From assembly GCA_018398765.1 (NCBI GenBank), contig JAHBMJ010000418.1, positions 1 through 48,645 on the forward strand: a stretch of DNA of 48,645 nt, written 5' to 3'. The notes below the pieces were generated by a model that was given only the letters and a program-made list of their open reading frames with translations, did no database searches and was not told where the DNA came from. This DNA is from Chromera velia (taxonomy: Eukaryota). This document shows positions 47,244 through 48,645 of the stretch, in pieces (within the stretch, counting starts at the first letter, position 1; every line of letters starts with the position of its first letter). The position numbers and the translations under genes were made by a program.

Positions 47244-48645
47244 AGGCGCGCGTCAATGATAGTCAAGGGTCAAAAGAGAGAAGTTAAAAATCTCTGAAAA
47301 ACGAAGTGCCTGCGATTGTTCTCTAGTAGGAGCGATTGTTCTGCAGTGTGGGAAACATGCATGATCATTGTAACAGAACAAAGTGACAGAAGACAGAAAC
47401 GCGGGGTGTTGCGGGGTCGTTTTATTGGTCGTATCATTGAAAAAAAAAAAACGATCGCCTTTGCGATCGTTTTGAAAGTGTGTCCGTCGTGATGTCCATC
47501 ATGCAGGAAATTCCTCGTTGGTGTCGGGTTGGGGGGTGATCTGACACTGTATGCGAGTGCTGTGCTGCTTCTACATCACTTGTTCTTTCTTTTTCTCGGC
47601 CGGGAGATTCTCAATCATCGACCTTTCATAGCTTGCTGTCGCCCGTGTGTCCGTCGCAATGAGGTTGATCGTCAGACTGAGGTCATGCACTAAATACGAC
47701 AAACAACAACACTTTTGATAAAAGAAGAATTTGGAATCAGCCAAAGTTCACTTTATTTCAATTTTCTTCTAGCATTTTACTAAGCATCTTCCCGCAATTT
47801 CCTAAGTTTTCTATAGTTAAGAAAAGGACCGACGCATGCTATGTGCTAGTACCTGGGCGTGGAACCCCAAACCCAAAAGGGAGACGCATGCTATGTGCTA
47901 GTCTAGACATAAGGCTAGTCTAGACATAAGAAAATATATAGAACTAAAAGAAAGTGATTGATAAGAGAAAAAATTAATTCCAAAATGATAGAAAAAGTAT
48001 AAGAAAGTATTGTCAAAAGTATTAGAAAATGAAATAAAAGAAGTATGAAAAAGTATCGAAAAATGATAGAAAATAATAGAAAAGCTGCAAAGAAGTTAAT
48101 GTTTTATTTAGAGAAAGGGACGAAGACCAAACGATTGAAAATAAAGGTAAAAAGAAGTAAAAAGATAAGAAAAGACAAGAACCAGGCAAACACGATACTT
48201 TAGATAGGACCCAGCCTCCGTGGCCTAGTGGTTAGGACGAGAGGCTCGGACCGGGAGGTCCCGAGATTGATGATTGAGAATCTCCCGGCCGAGAAAAAGA
48301 AAGAACAAGTGATGTAGAAGCAGCACAGCACTCGCATACAGTGTCAGATCACCCCCCAACCCGACACCAACGAGGAATTTCCTGCATGATGGACATCACG
48401 ACGGACACACTTTCAAAACGATCGCAAAGGCGATCGTTTTTTTTTTTTTCAATGATACGACCAATAAGACGACCCCGCAACACCCCGCGTTTCTGTCTTC
48501 TGTCACTTTGTTCTGTCACAACGATCATGCATGTTTCCCACACTGCAGAACAATCGCTCCTACTAGAGAACAATCGCAGGCACTTCGTTTTTCAGAGATT
48601 TTTAACTTCTCTCTTTTGACCCTTGACTATCATTGACGCGCGCCT
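47244..48645. repeat. Long inverted repeat: arms 47244-47619 and 48269-48645 (to window end), 649-bp spacer
   Basis: The arms are reverse complements with about three substitutions and a 1-nt homopolymer difference. Confidence 0.97.
48214..48268 (+). pseudogene. 5' part of a tRNA-like sequence abutting the right inverted-repeat arm
   Basis: GCCTCCG-TGGCCTAGTGG(A box)-TTAGGACGAGAGGCTCGGACCGGGAGGTCCCGAG; the B box is degenerate. Confidence 0.5.

Overview
Eukaryotic, intron-rich, microsatellite-rich scaffold segment with three N gaps. The intron style suggests a protist such as a chromerid alveolate, but that is inference only. The left end (minus strand, ~149-2989) holds the 5' part of an Argonaute gene: RGG/GY-rich N-terminus, N domain, L1 and PAZ, running off the window start. 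The remaining ~45 kb is mostly transposon and pseudogene debris. It includes the N-terminal half of a Penelope-like retroelement with an N-terminal GIY-YIG endonuclease (Chlamys/Naiad-type architecture) preceded by an extra upstream ORF, and a 5'-truncated Ty3/Gypsy element with integrase, Tudor-like and chromo domains, PPT and 3' LTR. A 998-bp duplication inside that integrase is an assembly artefact. Also present: a small TIR element with an amplified 42-bp terminal repeat, Tc1 and CMC/Plavaka-like transposase fragments, two diverged paralogous genes sharing a conserved signal-peptide exon, a permuted papain-like peptidase remnant, a degenerate Upf1-like SF1B helicase gene, two tRNA-derived heads and a ~376-bp near-perfect inverted repeat at the right end. 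All domain calls come from motif recognition by eye; no searches were run.
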